DNA of 64,000 bases from Dimorphilus gyrociliatus (lineage: Eukaryota > Animalia > Annelida): contig CAJFCJ010000010.1 in the NCBI GenBank assembly GCA_904063045.1, forward strand, positions 930,001 to 994,000, written 5' to 3'. Shown here piece by piece: positions 13,301 through 25,918 of the stretch. Under the pieces are notes generated by a model. The model was not told where the DNA came from, made no database searches, and was given only the letters and a program-made list of their open reading frames with translations. Positions within the stretch are counted from its first letter, which is position 1; the number at the start of each line of letters is the position of its first letter. A program made the position numbers and the translations under genes.

Positions 13301-16300
13301 ACGCCTTACACAGCGAATCAACATCGAAACTTGGCGTTCTTCTATCCAACAGAAAGATATCTACAGAAGTTGATGGAATATTTTCAGTTGTTTCATGGAC
13401 ATCGCAGGGACAACTTGAATGGGCAGCCGCTTTAATAAATGCGTCAATGCAAGTATCCTTTTTAGGTGTTACAATAGATATCTGCCGGGGGAAAAATAAT
13501 TATTAGAAAAGACCTATACAAAAGGAAATAATAATAAATATATAAATAAACATAAGAGTAAGCCAATAAATAGAATACGATATATTTAACTTAGCTACCA
13601 GCCTAAAATGAAAGGTGCATTTTATATAATTAAAAGATAAAACAAATGTTGTAATTGAGCGTAAGAGTTTAGCATGAAATCTTCAAAAGATTGTAAGTAG
13701 CTTATACCATAATAAATCAGTAATAAAACAGGTAGAAATAGGGTGTTAAAAAATGGTAGTATTTTTTGTAGATAGTATAAAATAGCTTAAGTAGTTTTGT
13801 ATACATAAAGCAAGTTTGTTTTCATTTTTTTCCTTTCAACAAGTCGTATAATATTCGTTTTTTATATATTATATATGCAGTATATATATATATATATATA
13901 TAAATACAGATAAATATCAATTGTACTATAGAGATATTTTGTTACAGGTTTAAGTGCAGAACAATTATAGAAATAATTAATCTTGATGATATGTTAGAAG
14001 ATCTGAACAATGCAGTCGAGACTTATATTTAAATACATGTTTATACTGTATGAATATATAACTAGAGACTTTTTATGCGAATATAACCTGTTTATACAAC
14101 TTAAAAGTAATAAACGTGGATAAGAGAGAGAGAGAGAGAGAGAGTGAGTGAAGACTATAGTTTATATAGAAATAATTACTAAATTTGTTTCCCAAAGAAA
14201 TCACTTAACTAAAAAAAACAAGAACTTTATACGAAAGGAATAGGAACACTATGCTAGTGGGGTTTTTTTGTATATTTAAAGATCAATCATAGAACTGTTG
14301 TGAGAGTATTGGAAAAAAATTGTTATTGATATGGAAAGGTAAGTGGGAGGCCAGAAACAGGAATTATTAATAATAAATAATAATTCATTAATTGTCAATA
14401 TATTAGAAATTGAGTAATTAGTATTTACACTTCGTAGCTGTTGCTTAGTAACAACTAAAGGTGTAATTGAGATAATTTAAAATCGATAAAACATTTTGTG
14501 GGTGTAAATTAAGTTTTATTGAAATCCCTGAAAGTTCTTAATTTAAGTTGCAACAGGCAACAAAAGCGTAATCATCGCATTAGTATAATTCCAATTTCTA
14601 ATTAATTAAGTTAATTAAACAAACAAAAATATGTAAATTTCATTTTATATTATTTTCAGAAAACTTTATGTATGAAGATGTATGAATATATGCAAATAAA
14701 TAACGCATACGTGAATATATAGTATGTTAAATGATAATAGATGTTTTCTAATATATTCAATAACTGATAAATCAGCTCCTAAAGTAGTTGACTAACACTT
14801 CTATTCTTATCTTTAATATCTGAATGGAATTTTTGTCTATATTATTAAAATTATTACTTTTAATATATTTGAAAAAAATATTTAAAGTCAGTGAAATCTT
14901 ACTTTCAAGTTAATTTATTAACCTTTTAATTTTTAATTAATTATTTGAAAGAGAAAATGTTAGAAGAAAATAAGAGAAATTCAATCTTTCTATACATATA
15001 TACAGTATATATGTTATATAACATATTCTATAACATTTGAGAATATAAAAGCATAAAATATATGCCAAAAGCTCAATAAAACACAATGTCTTGTCAAGTA
15101 AAACCTTGCAATTATTTTCATTTTTCTCTTTTTTTTCTATCTGTCTTTCAATTTTTTTTTAATTTACTCTTTAAATTTTACATTTCTTTTGTTAAAAGAA
15201 GCAAGAGTCTTGTCTGTGATTTGAAGAAATTCCATGCTAAATTATGCGGCTAGATAAACTAGTCGACCTCGTAATCCGAAAGCTCTCAGTTCGGTAAAAT
15301 CAATCAAATAACAAGAGCAGATTCGGATGAAAGAGAAAAAGGCGTAAATTTTCCCTTTTCTTCTAATCATTTTTATGAAGTAGTCGCTACTTGGGGGGTA
15401 ACGGTTTACGAACACTATATTATATCGAGACTATAAATAAATACATATTCAATATGTGTATATCGCATATCTCTAACCCTGTTTATAATTATTCATAAGG
15501 GAAGAAACGACAATATTAACCTAACATATTCCAGCACACTTTAAATAAATATCGTAAATATTCGTACTGATGCGTGCTACCAGTTCAATAAATAAAGAAA
15601 AAAGTTTATTGAGCAACAATTAAGCGGATCGATATCAATTTTGTCAATATTTAGAGTAAATATCGGTTTTCTTCAATTTAATAAAACCTTTAAAAATCAG
15701 TGTCTCCCCGAAAAAAATAAACAATTGTTCTATCAGGCAAAGAAATAGTGTCAATATCTTGTCCTTATTGTGGGAAACGCTCCAGTTTTGGGAAAATATC
15801 AACTAAATCAAGCAGTAGAGTGAACTATTAGAGGATTAGGTTGAAATAAACTTTGAAGGAAAGAATTATTTAGGACCTTTTGGGAACAAAAAGTAAGTCA
15901 ACAATAAAAATATACTGTATTTATGATAAAATTTCTTTTCAACGATGATCTTTCGTATTTATTAGATATATCTTTTAGTAGTACTGTCCCCACCTAGCTT
16001 TGTTATAAGAGGAACTTGAGCTGGCCTGCCCTTTTCGAAAATGTCGCAGGGTAAGAGTATATATATATATGTGAATGGGACGGGGAGCTGACATTCGTTT
16101 TATTTCTTTTTTTCAATGGTCGGCTGAGTTTGAAAGAAGGTTGAGATAAATTTTCGCTTTTAACAGTGAATTCGGAAAAGAATACCATTTTTGGTGAAAA
16201 ATTGCACATGATGATAAATGAACGACTAATAATTTAGAAAAGGGAGGGATAAAGGCAGTGTGAAATAGAAAAGAAAGACATGGATAGGGGAATGGGAGAC

Positions 16301-17471
16301 GGGGTGGGAGAGAAATGAGAAGAAAGAAATAGTAAAAACATAATTTAATTAAATGTTATTTTACTCTCTTGCCCATTTTATCTCTAGTAAGAAAATATAA
16401 GGTTATACGATAGCTTTTTATCCAATTTAAACACATATATTATTGCCGAGAAGCAAGGAAATAAGACGGCATATAGAGGTGATTTATTTCTCTTTTTTTT
16501 CCTTTATTTCTCATTCTCACTCTCTTTCTCCTTGTCAACCTTTCCTTATGTCCTTGTCCCTTAATGCCCTCATCATCTTCTTCTTCTTCTTCCAGTGTCT
16601 TAAGCGCTATTTGCTAAGGTTATTGATACATTTATGATTTCCTTTGACTGACAAAAAAAGAAAGGCAGCAATAACACCTGTCACTATATTAATTTAATCC
16701 AATAAGCCTTGCAAAAAAAAAAATTTACGTCTGTTCTCTTCCTTCTTATCTAAAAGAATATGCCAGAAAAATTTAGGAAATGCGAATTAGAGTTACCATA
16801 ACAAGGGATTACTCGGTCGAGTGCAATTCGTTGCATAGTTGTAACAAAATTGTTTATACACTTAAACCGAAAAAATAAGGCAAGATTACCAGGTTTTCAA
16901 CTTATTTTCAAAATACAAAGATATATTTATATCCTATATCTATATACATATATGATAGTGCTAAACTGCTTAAGAAAAAGAGTAAAGAGAAATAGAAAAA
17001 AGCCTTACAAAAATAAATTCAACCTTCAATAGAAAAAAATAAAGGAAATAAAGAGAGAAAGAGAGGGAGGGAGAGATAGAGAAGAGAGACAGGGAGAGAC
17101 AGACATAGAGAAAGAGAGAAATAAAGAAAACTAGATTGAATACATCAACATTTTATTCCTTATTTATATTCTTATAATACAATCATCATAACTTGAAAAG
17201 CATTTAATAGTCGTCAAATATTTTGTTTATTTATTTACAGTATTGAAGTGTTCGTTATATAATCTATTCTGTTTCTTTGAACGTTCAGGAAAGTAATTTA
17301 TATATATATATATATATAATAAAAAAAATAGATAAAGAAATAGAAAAACAACATCAAAATCTCAATATCCATAACAAGTTCGTAAAAAGAAAGACGTAAT
17401 TTTCTTATTAAAAGAAACAAAAAAGAGCAAGAGAGAGAGAAAGAAAGAAAGAAAGATAGATAGATAAGGAC

Positions 17472-17516
<45 letters not shown>

Positions 17517-18567
17517 CAGAGACACAGAAGGGAAAAGGGAAGGGAGCTAAGGAAGAGGGATTCTTGAAGATTTCTAATATAATTGATGAACGAATATTAA
17601 AGATAAAGTATTAAAGTCAAATAGTAAATATAGTAAAAAAAAAAAAAACAAAAAAGAACAAGGAAAAAAAAAACTCACCCTTGGTACTTTATAAGGAAAT
17701 ACTATACGTGCCAAATTCTCCATTTGACGTTCGTTCTGTAAAAATAAATGGCGGGAAGATGTAAAAATATTCAATTACTCGTTTATCTAATAAACGTTAG
17801 ACAATTAACGGCTCAGGCGAATAATCTTCCAGGATGATATATTTATATATATATACATACATACTGTATATATACAAAAACAAGGATAGTTTAGAATTAT
17901 GTGCAATCAACATTTCAAGATAACTATACATTTACAGTTAATATGCCCTATATTTATATATATATATGTCCTAAATTTATTATTCTACATATTCTCTTAT
18001 AAACATTTATACATATTAAAGAACTTTTTATGTCATATATAAATTTTCACACGTATGCTTTATAAAATATATGCATAAAATTATTTGAAAATATTTCGTC
18101 TGCTAAATGATCTTTGTGATAAGTAAAAACAAGGAGGTTGGTAAGAATTAATTAATTACCTCTTAATTAAGCAAACAGGCAAAAATAAACGGGCATGTGC
18201 AGATTCAGTTGGATTGGCTTCTTATTGCTTAGATTATCCGCAGCCGAATATTTTCATATTCAACACAGTTAATCGCCTAAATCCTCCTTCGCTCTATAAA
18301 TAATAACTAAGCTTCTAGTATACTGAACTACTACTATAGAACTAACAATAAGGCGGCCTAGAGATATCGGCCTTTGATAGATGGCGCTGTCGCAGAGTCG
18401 ATTCTCGGTCGTCAAGGAAACCGACATATTTTTTCGTATACAGATTGGCACATAGAATTTAGAATATTTACTTTTATTTTTTTGTTGCTTCTTATTATGT
18501 AATCCGAATTATGAAGAACTTGTCCATTGGTCGTATCCGATAAGCTAATACTCGGCGTGCAACCCAT
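4338..18567 (-). CDS. PDE8: cAMP-specific phosphodiesterase 8 (REC-PAS-catalytic), about 729 aa
   Basis: Exons 18472-18567 (MGCTPSISLS, cf. PDE8 MGCAPSIH), 13246-13481 (REC-like), 12426-12480, 8562-9182 (PAS plus DAPIMRVINVIN...LEILRSAELYSP), 8333-8387, 4603-5610 (YHNSTHGSDV, HDVDHPG, HH, DMSKH, CADISNP, ISEEYF, CQTGF), 4338-4456. All phases compatible; total 2190 nt. Confidence 0.95.
14440..14452. promoter_or_regulatory. RFX X-box-like motif GTTGCTTAGTAAC in PDE8 intron 1
   Basis: Matches GTNRCY-N-RGYAAC within a TAAT-rich non-coding block. Confidence 0.35.
17474..17509. repeat. (AG)n microsatellite
   Basis: Direct reading. Confidence 0.95.
17679..17723 (-). CDS. PDE8: Putative alternative first coding exon of PDE8 (MENLARIVFPYKVPR)
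   Basis: ATG 17723, 15 codons, strong donor AGG|gtgagt in phase 0, compatible with the exon at 13481. Upstream CCAAT box (18213-18219) and CTCF-like site (18378). Confidence 0.5.
18378..18388 (+). promoter_or_regulatory. CTCF-like motif TAGATGGCGCT
   Basis: Matches the CTCF core; one of several copies in the window. Confidence 0.5.
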
Positions 18568-21025
18568 TGTATTATCCGAAATTGCTGCAAACTTTGTCAC
18601 GTGATTTGTTTACCGTCACACAGTCGAGATAAGAAGTTTAAACGTTTTTGTACAAATACTTTTATAGCTTAGATACAACTGAGGACTCCGATATCCTATA
18701 GGTTAGGCATTCTTGAGCGACATCTCATGGCCTTCTATAATTATATAAGTAGATAAGAAAAGAAAGAAAACTGGTGACAATTAAATACAAACTGTCTTGA
18801 AAATCATACAAGAAAACCCAAAAATATTGCTATCTCCTTTATATCTCTAGCTTATTTGCATAGGCATATATTTGTGTAAATATATATATATATATATATA
18901 TACTAATATGTATATGTATATATAATTTATACTGTACATATATATATACATGCATATACTATCTATACATTCAGATATATATATGTATCTATAAGCAGAG
19001 AACCTAACTTATTGCATGTTTATTAAGCACTGTTAAAATTAGTTAAACTAGGTAAAGGTTCAGAGTAGTAATCATAAGACAATGACGTACTATAAAGCCT
19101 AAAGCTGTATGAGAGAACAAAGTGACTCAATTGATAAGTAGAATGTAATCTTTAAGCGGGCGTATACATCTGCCTTCTAATTGGATACGTTATCGTATAT
19201 CGATAGAAAGCATTCTCAAGAAACAAAGTCTTTTAATGTCCTTTTTATTTGTTTTTTTTTTCATTTCTCTTTCTCCTATCTTTTTATTTTCTTTCTTTTT
19301 TTTGTATTTTCTTTTTTTCTTTAAAAAAAAACTCAACCCAATAATTAATACATTGGTTTCAGAAAATCTGTAATTTTTTACACTTTTCATTCATCTTCTA
19401 CTCTTACACTTTACATTCATCTTCATCCTCCCCCTTCTCATTGTCCGCCACCCCCCTCTTTTTTTCTATACTATTTTTCATTCTAAATTCTTTTTTCTTT
19501 TTTTTCATCCTTCCACCTTTTCATACTTCTACCCTATCTTCTTCTCTCTATCTAGGTTAAAAAATGTTTCTGTTAAAAATAACTATTTATTCATAAATTT
19601 ATAAAAGACTACCCTTAAAGGTTAGTTCCTTACATCTTAAGCTAATAATTTTAGGTTATTTAGATTATTGAATCAAGATTTATTGCTTTGTCTAAGTTTG
19701 TTTTATTAGGTTGTAGAATGCTGCCATGAGTAATTAGGATGTTTTATCAATACATCTTAAATATAAGAAAAAACTTCTTCTCTAATTGCTTTAAGTAATT
19801 TATAATATAAAGAATATTTATAAAAGAAATCTTAACGTAAAATTCAGACGTTATAGTTTTAAATTGAGTAAATAACATTCTCAACTCTATCGTGTTAACT
19901 AACTGTGTTGACTGTTTTAAATTCTTGCTATTCGCTAAGATGGTACAGGCAAACATACAATCTCCTTGCTCTCTTTCATCTTTCATACAGTTTTCCTTCT
20001 TTCTCTTACTCACTCACTCTCTCTCTCTCTCTCACAAACACACCCACATATACTCTCTCTTTCCCTCCTTCTCCCTCTGTCTGTGTCTCTCTTCCTCTGA
20101 ATAGAGTATATGTACGGCGTATGTACTATATATTTTCATCTTTTTTCCATCTTGAATAAATAAATACAGTAAATATTTTATATAGGCAACTAGAAAAAAC
20201 CTGTTGATGTATGCATATGCACTGGCTTCTCTGCTGAGTTCTTGTTCTCTTTGAATGTTATTAATAATCGAACCTTTCTCCAGTATGTGTGTGTTCGATT
20301 AAATTGATATGTACAAAAATCCAAAGTCTTTTCTTACTTTAAAGGTAAAATTACTTTTTTCTTTTTCCTTTACAGACTAATGATTAATACTTACGTACAA
20401 GCTGCAACAGTTTTAATTTGTTTACATAAGTATAATACTCATTAGAATCTTGATAAGAAAATGTAATTAAAAGTTATTAATCGCTTATAAAAAGACCACA
20501 TTTTTATTAAAATAAGTACTTTGTTACAATTTATAATATTAATTTATAGGAAAATATTACAAGTATGAATAAAACATGAAAAAAGAGAATGAAGAGTGAA
20601 TGAAAGAGAGAGAGAGAGAGAGAGAGATAGAGACTGTATTAAATATAAAAATTAAAAAAACCATTCCATCTGCGTTTGTAATCTTTCTCTCTTCCATTAA
20701 TCAAAACTGCAGAGGAAAATATTAGCAAACTGAGCGAGAACGATGCATACCCATCATTAACCTTTGAGCATGCGACAAACATTAAATAGTGTTATAGCTA
20801 AAGAATGAAAGAGGATTTCTTACACTTAATTACTCGGTTAAAGAGACATTTTAGACATTTTATGAACTCTGCGTTTCAATCTTATTTCAAATATAATAAT
20901 ATATGTAATAAGTAAATCTAGCCATCTATGTATAGTGTGTAGGTGATTTTTCTATTATATTAATCAATCATTCCTTACACGATTAAAATTTGTTATCCGT
21001 TCCTTTTTCCTAAATTATTTACCGT

Positions 21026-21036
21026 AACGCCATCTA
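21026..21036 (-). promoter_or_regulatory. CTCF-like motif (AACGCCATCTA on + strand)
   Basis: Same core; upstream of PDE8. Confidence 0.5.
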
Positions 21037-22636
21037 TGTTCAAGAAATAATAACATAAAGACATCATTTTCTATGGCAGTAATACGATATTTGAGTTTTT
21101 AGCATTAAAGAAAAGAAAATGCTAACGTGATTATAAAACTACTATAAGAATTGGGTGGGTGGAAAGATGATAAGAAGGACAAAAAGAGAAATGGGAATAA
21201 ACTATTAAAAAGATCAGATGGTCAATCTATATTGAGAAGGAAAAAAAGAACGCTAACCTTTACAAACTTTGTGTTAGTTTTTCGTTAATCCCTCATTATA
21301 TTTGTAACTCAAGAATATAGTGATAACTTAAAGATTAATGTCAAGTAACATTTCCAAAAATTCCTTTTTTATAGGATAATAAAAAGAAAGAAATTGTTTA
21401 TATTTAAATATCTGCTCTTTTATAAAGACTATAAAAGAAAAATAGAATTACTTTGTTTAAAGTAGCAAATAAAGTTATTTATATACAAATGAATAAATTT
21501 GCGTCTTCTTCTTTTCTTTCTCTTTCCGCCTGTCTCTCTCTCTCTAGTTGACATAAAACTTTAGGTGGCACAAGAACAATTCTTTTTTCATCTTTAATCA
21601 AGAGAAAAGGGTATCACTCATCCTCTAATAAACCGATTTTCGACTTGATGTGATCTTCCTTAACGCCAATAAGACGACGTGTTTCGCGGATGCCAAATAT
21701 AGTTTGCTCTTTACAAATTTTCCTCATTTAGGAAGATTTTAGCGAGTTGGCTTACTTAGAAAAATTTATTAACTTTAAAACTTTGTCAAGCCTAAAGATA
21801 TTTCTATGAAAAAAGTCTATAAAGGGTAAAATAAGGAGAGTAATCTTTAATTATACTGTATTTACGCTTCATCAGCTACTATCTCATTTTCTAAAAGTTT
21901 TAATTTGTTAAAAACAATCAATCATGATCACAAATATTCAGGTGAAGGAATACAATATAGATATAAAAAATTATATAGTAACTCTAAAGAGTATACACAG
22001 TTTACAGGTCAACTAATTTTAGATGTGAGTTATCTTTTAAAAAGCTTTCAGTGTTTTCTTTTGTCTCATATAAAGATTATATACACTCATTTAATAATTA
22101 TCCTTCTTGGTTACCTCCTTAATGACTAATCTTTTACTTGAAAACTTTTAAAACATTTAAGAGATTTAATTAGCCTAATTTAAACTCGAATATTAATTAA
22201 TTAAAGCAATACTATAGAGAGATGCCTTGTAGATTCTTCATACTTAACAATAATAGTTATATTTTGAAATATTGGTTTTTTATCATTCTATTATTGTTTG
22301 ATTACTTCAAAACAATTTATGTTGACGGTTATTTAATTAATTATTTTATAGTTTTCTTAACAGAGGTCAGTCATTTACGATTATCAATACTATCAAGATT
22401 TTAATATAAAAAAAATAAGAGTTGGTTTTTGTACAAAACAAAATATAAAAAGATGTTAAAGCTGTTTAAAGGCAGCTAAAAATTTCATGGCCTGCACTGG
22501 ACCCACGTGACTAATACTAAGGTTGAATTTTTACACAAATGTCATAGGCATAACAAAATTATAAAAGTTATTAAGCACTTGTAATTTAATAAGCCAGAGG
22601 GAGTGATACGAGTAACGCAAAAGGGATAGAAAGTAA

Positions 22637-24166
22637 CTAGCAGGTGAATAGAGGTTCCAACCTACAACAGTCTGTTGGGGACGTGTATAAGGGTGGAAAT
22701 TCTTCCAATTCCTCATTAAAATTATTTGAAATAATAACTTGATGGTTTATAAGTTTTTTCTTGTCATGCTTTATCACTCCTTGCTGAAAATGGGTCTCGA
22801 TCTAAATACATTAAAAAATAAGTTATTTACATTTTCAGTTAAACGATTAACTTACTCGAATAAAATAGTCATGCGTTATTAAACTTTGACCTTCTAAAAC
22901 TTTACTGGGAATACTGTCGTGTGGAACCAATAACGCTTCCTCAAAATTAGTTAATGCACCGTTTGATATGTCATTAAATTCGAATGAGCTCAGTACGGTT
23001 TCACGGGTCCAGTTAGGTCCTCTAAATAATTCAAGATTTGATGGTAAATGTTCACTTGTATCGTAAGCGTTCAATTTGTCGTTCTGTCTATCATAGCAGA
23101 GGAAGTTTGCACCAAAGGTATATTTAAATATCTGTTAAAAATATTGATTATTTATAAATTTAGTGATTAAAATATAGTAAAATTTTCCATACACTAATTA
23201 ATTGAACTAGAACTTTCTTTATTTTCAAGCCACTTGTATTATGAATAAATCCATGAAAATTTACTGTACTTCCAGGTAAGAATAAGTTTCTATTCTCGAA
23301 TGCAATTTTTATATTACCATTTCGATTAATTAAATTATTCGGAAAATATTCAAAAGTATAAGAATAATTTTTCTGTTGCATAGAAATATGTTAATTAATT
23401 AATTAAAAGGAAAACTGTTTACATATATCTTTCATATAAAAAAAGAAATTTTATATTTTTTACTTTAGATTGTATTTCAATACTTTTCGGTGAAATGACG
23501 TCTAGATATTTACAAGATGTTCTTGTTAGATCGTCGACATTTGATATTGAACATTCCACTTTATATTTTATTGATCCTCTCCTAAAATAAAAGATAAACT
23601 AAATCAAAATTTTAATTGTTTAACAATTATTTGTAATAATACAAACGAATCATCAGTTACAATTGTCTGCGGATTGTCTTCTGGTATTAGAAATTCTATT
23701 TGCCAATTGGTTTCACCCTCTCTTAATAAACGGAGAGAATCTTTCATATTTAATAAAAACGAGCACTCTTTTAAAATTGGTTGATTTATCCTAATAAGTA
23801 TTTTTATTTACCTTCTGACTCATCCCTTATTATATATTTTTTATCTATAATTGATTTTATTATACGTCCTCTTCCCTTTATAATATCATCTGGATTATGT
23901 GGACCATTTATTGATTCTACATTTGTTATTACTTCGAGATATAAAACAATTTCAAATCCTGTATAGATTAAAAGTTTTATGAGTCCAATTTAAATTCTAT
24001 TCTAAGTTTCTTTGCTCCTCAATTCAAATTTTTATTATTTCTTTCCTTTACCTTTGACATACAAAGAGATTATTGTATCAATAACAATGTTTAAACGAAA
24101 AGGTCTTCCAATAACAATTGATTTTTCCGGGTTGACTCTTTCTATAATAAATTTATTAAGATCCAT
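22637..24166 (-). CDS. Arrestin-domain-containing protein (alpha-arrestin, ARRDC-like), 7 exons
   Basis: Hand-spliced: MDLNKFIIE...VKGFEIVLYLEV; IEFLIPEDNPQTIVTDSRGSIKYKVEC; FLPGSTVNFHGFIHNTSGLKIKKVLVQL; LITHDYFIR|IETHF; C-terminal EFPPLY (PPxY); TAG 22639-22637. The start ATG is uncertain because the frame is open about 22 codons further upstream. Includes a 44-nt intron. Confidence 0.75.
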
Positions 24167-24601
24167 TCCTTCCTCTTCTATTTCGTAATCATCAGATATA
24201 TAATACGCTTCCTCTTTTATGACTGTTAAACTCTATGGCACATTTATTCTATTTTTTTCTCAGATTTTTTATTTAAAATAACACCATGCATTTCGTTTAT
24301 CCTCTTATTGAGAATTTACATACGGGTTGTTTGCTTACTCATAAAATCCCTTCGTCAACAAGGTAGAAAACCAGGTATTATCACTATGGAATGCAATAAA
24401 AAGGGAAAATATGACAACGCAGAATCTGTATTAAGAAGTTTTTTAATTTTTTGTACAAGACGATATCTAACCTTTATTTCATGTATTCAAAAATTGCTAC
24501 AAAATCATTTTATACACAATTTATAAGTAAAATATTAAAGGCTCAGACTTGATTTCAATTATTTTCAATACTCTTATTGATAAAATGTATTACTATTCCA
24601 A

Positions 24602-24613
24602 TAGATGGCAGCA
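24602..24613 (+). promoter_or_regulatory. CTCF-like motif TAGATGGCAGCA in the divergent promoter between the arrestin and transcobalamin-beta genes
   Basis: Direct reading; lies in the ~780-bp head-to-head gap. Confidence 0.45.
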
Positions 24614-24947
24614 TTATGTGATACAATAGGTTTGTATAGAAAAAAAACTGTTAATTGTAAGAAGGAAAGAAAGAGGTGGGAGGAAGAGAGAGGGAGGGGG
24701 GAAGGGAATAATTCTCTCTTTCTCATGCTTTCATCACCAAAGTAATATAGAACTATGAATATAAATGTAGAGAAAACGATTCATAGAAAAAAAACTTAAA
24801 ATCATAAAAAAACATAAGTATTACATTTATCTTAACGTTATCATTAGAAAACAGCTGTGTTTTCAGTTGTTTTTTCTTGTATAAATAAGGTTGAAACAGG
24901 TCATACATTCTCTGTGTACTTTAATTTGTAAGCCAAGACTACAGAAA

Positions 24948-25516
24948 ATGTATAAAATTATTGCCTACCTTGTCTTTCTGACTGCTCTTGGTTCGAATCA
25001 TTCTACTTCGGAAAGTTCTCCAATAATAATTTTCTACTTTCAGCTTCTGCTGCTGTTAGATACACTGCCGTAAATGAGCAAACCAATGGTAACCAATTTA
25101 GACATGAGCATTTATCTAATGAACCGGTTGGGAGTGAATTTATCAAAGTTATGGAGGAAGCCCAGAAAGAAAATCCAGAAAAATTCAGGTAAAGTATTAT
25201 AGTTTTATTTTGATTCATAAATATTTTGTAATACAAATTTTGTAGATTTGAAGCTATAGAATACGAGTGGGGAAAGATGATTGTCGAAATAAATGGAGTT
25301 AGAGCTAACGGACAAGATCGAACCTTTTGGGGATTTTTAAGAGAAGAAGAGAGCAGTCTTTGTATGATGAGAACTGGTAATTAATCATTTATTTTTAAAT
25401 AGCTATTAAAAAATCTTTAAATTTCAGGAGTTTCCACTTACAAAATCAAGAAAGACGAGCATCTCTATATGAAATTCTTGACTTTCGATGACAGATATCC
25501 CCAATGTAAAGATTAG
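24948..25516 (+). CDS. Secreted stand-alone transcobalamin/haptocorrin beta-domain (DUF4430-like) protein, 135 aa; putative cobalamin binder
   Basis: Exons 24948-24990, 25044-25188, 25246-25376, 25428-25516 (408 nt). Protein: MYKIIAYLVFLTALASA-AVRYTAVNE...GSEFIKVMEEAQKENPEKFRFEAIEYEWGKMIVEINGVRANGQDRTFWGFL...TGVSTYKIKKDEHLYMKF. Aligns by eye to the haptocorrin beta domain (GSVFLSVMEKAQK...WGPYITCIQG...DRTYWELL...GAGSYVVRNGE). AATAAA about 45 nt after the stop. Confidence 0.85.
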
Positions 25517-25918
25517 AAAAGATATAATTGAAGCTTCTGTACAACAATACAAACAGTAAATAAAACTAAGCTATCCAACATCTAATGATTTTACTCTTGA
25601 ACTTTTAATTGCATTATATTCACAGTAACCGTTTAATTTTATTCTTACTGGGGAAAGAGACGGAATCTCGTAGAAATATTTGATTATCTTAAGAAAATTC
25701 GTTATTATTTACTTCCATGCGTTTTTATCTATCTAGGGAAAATGAAAGTATTTACAATACGTAGCTATACATGATAAATTCGTAAGGTCAACTTGTATAG
25801 AATTTCTTTTATATTTTTATTAGAGTTTTCCTCTAGAAAAGAAAGGTATAAAATTACATATTTTAAATCTTCTCTTGTTTTTTTATGACTTGAATTTATG
25901 GTATGGTAATTATCTTTG

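Noticed and set aside
21615-21725. About 36-codon minus-strand frame (GKICKEQTIFGIRETRR...)
   Set aside because: No ATG and no phase-compatible partner exon; more likely 5' UTR or promoter DNA of PDE8.
24990-24999. GGTTCGAATC resembling a tRNA B-box (also GGTTCGACTC at ~61076)
   Set aside because: No A-box or cloverleaf; both coincide with splice junctions of protein-coding genes.
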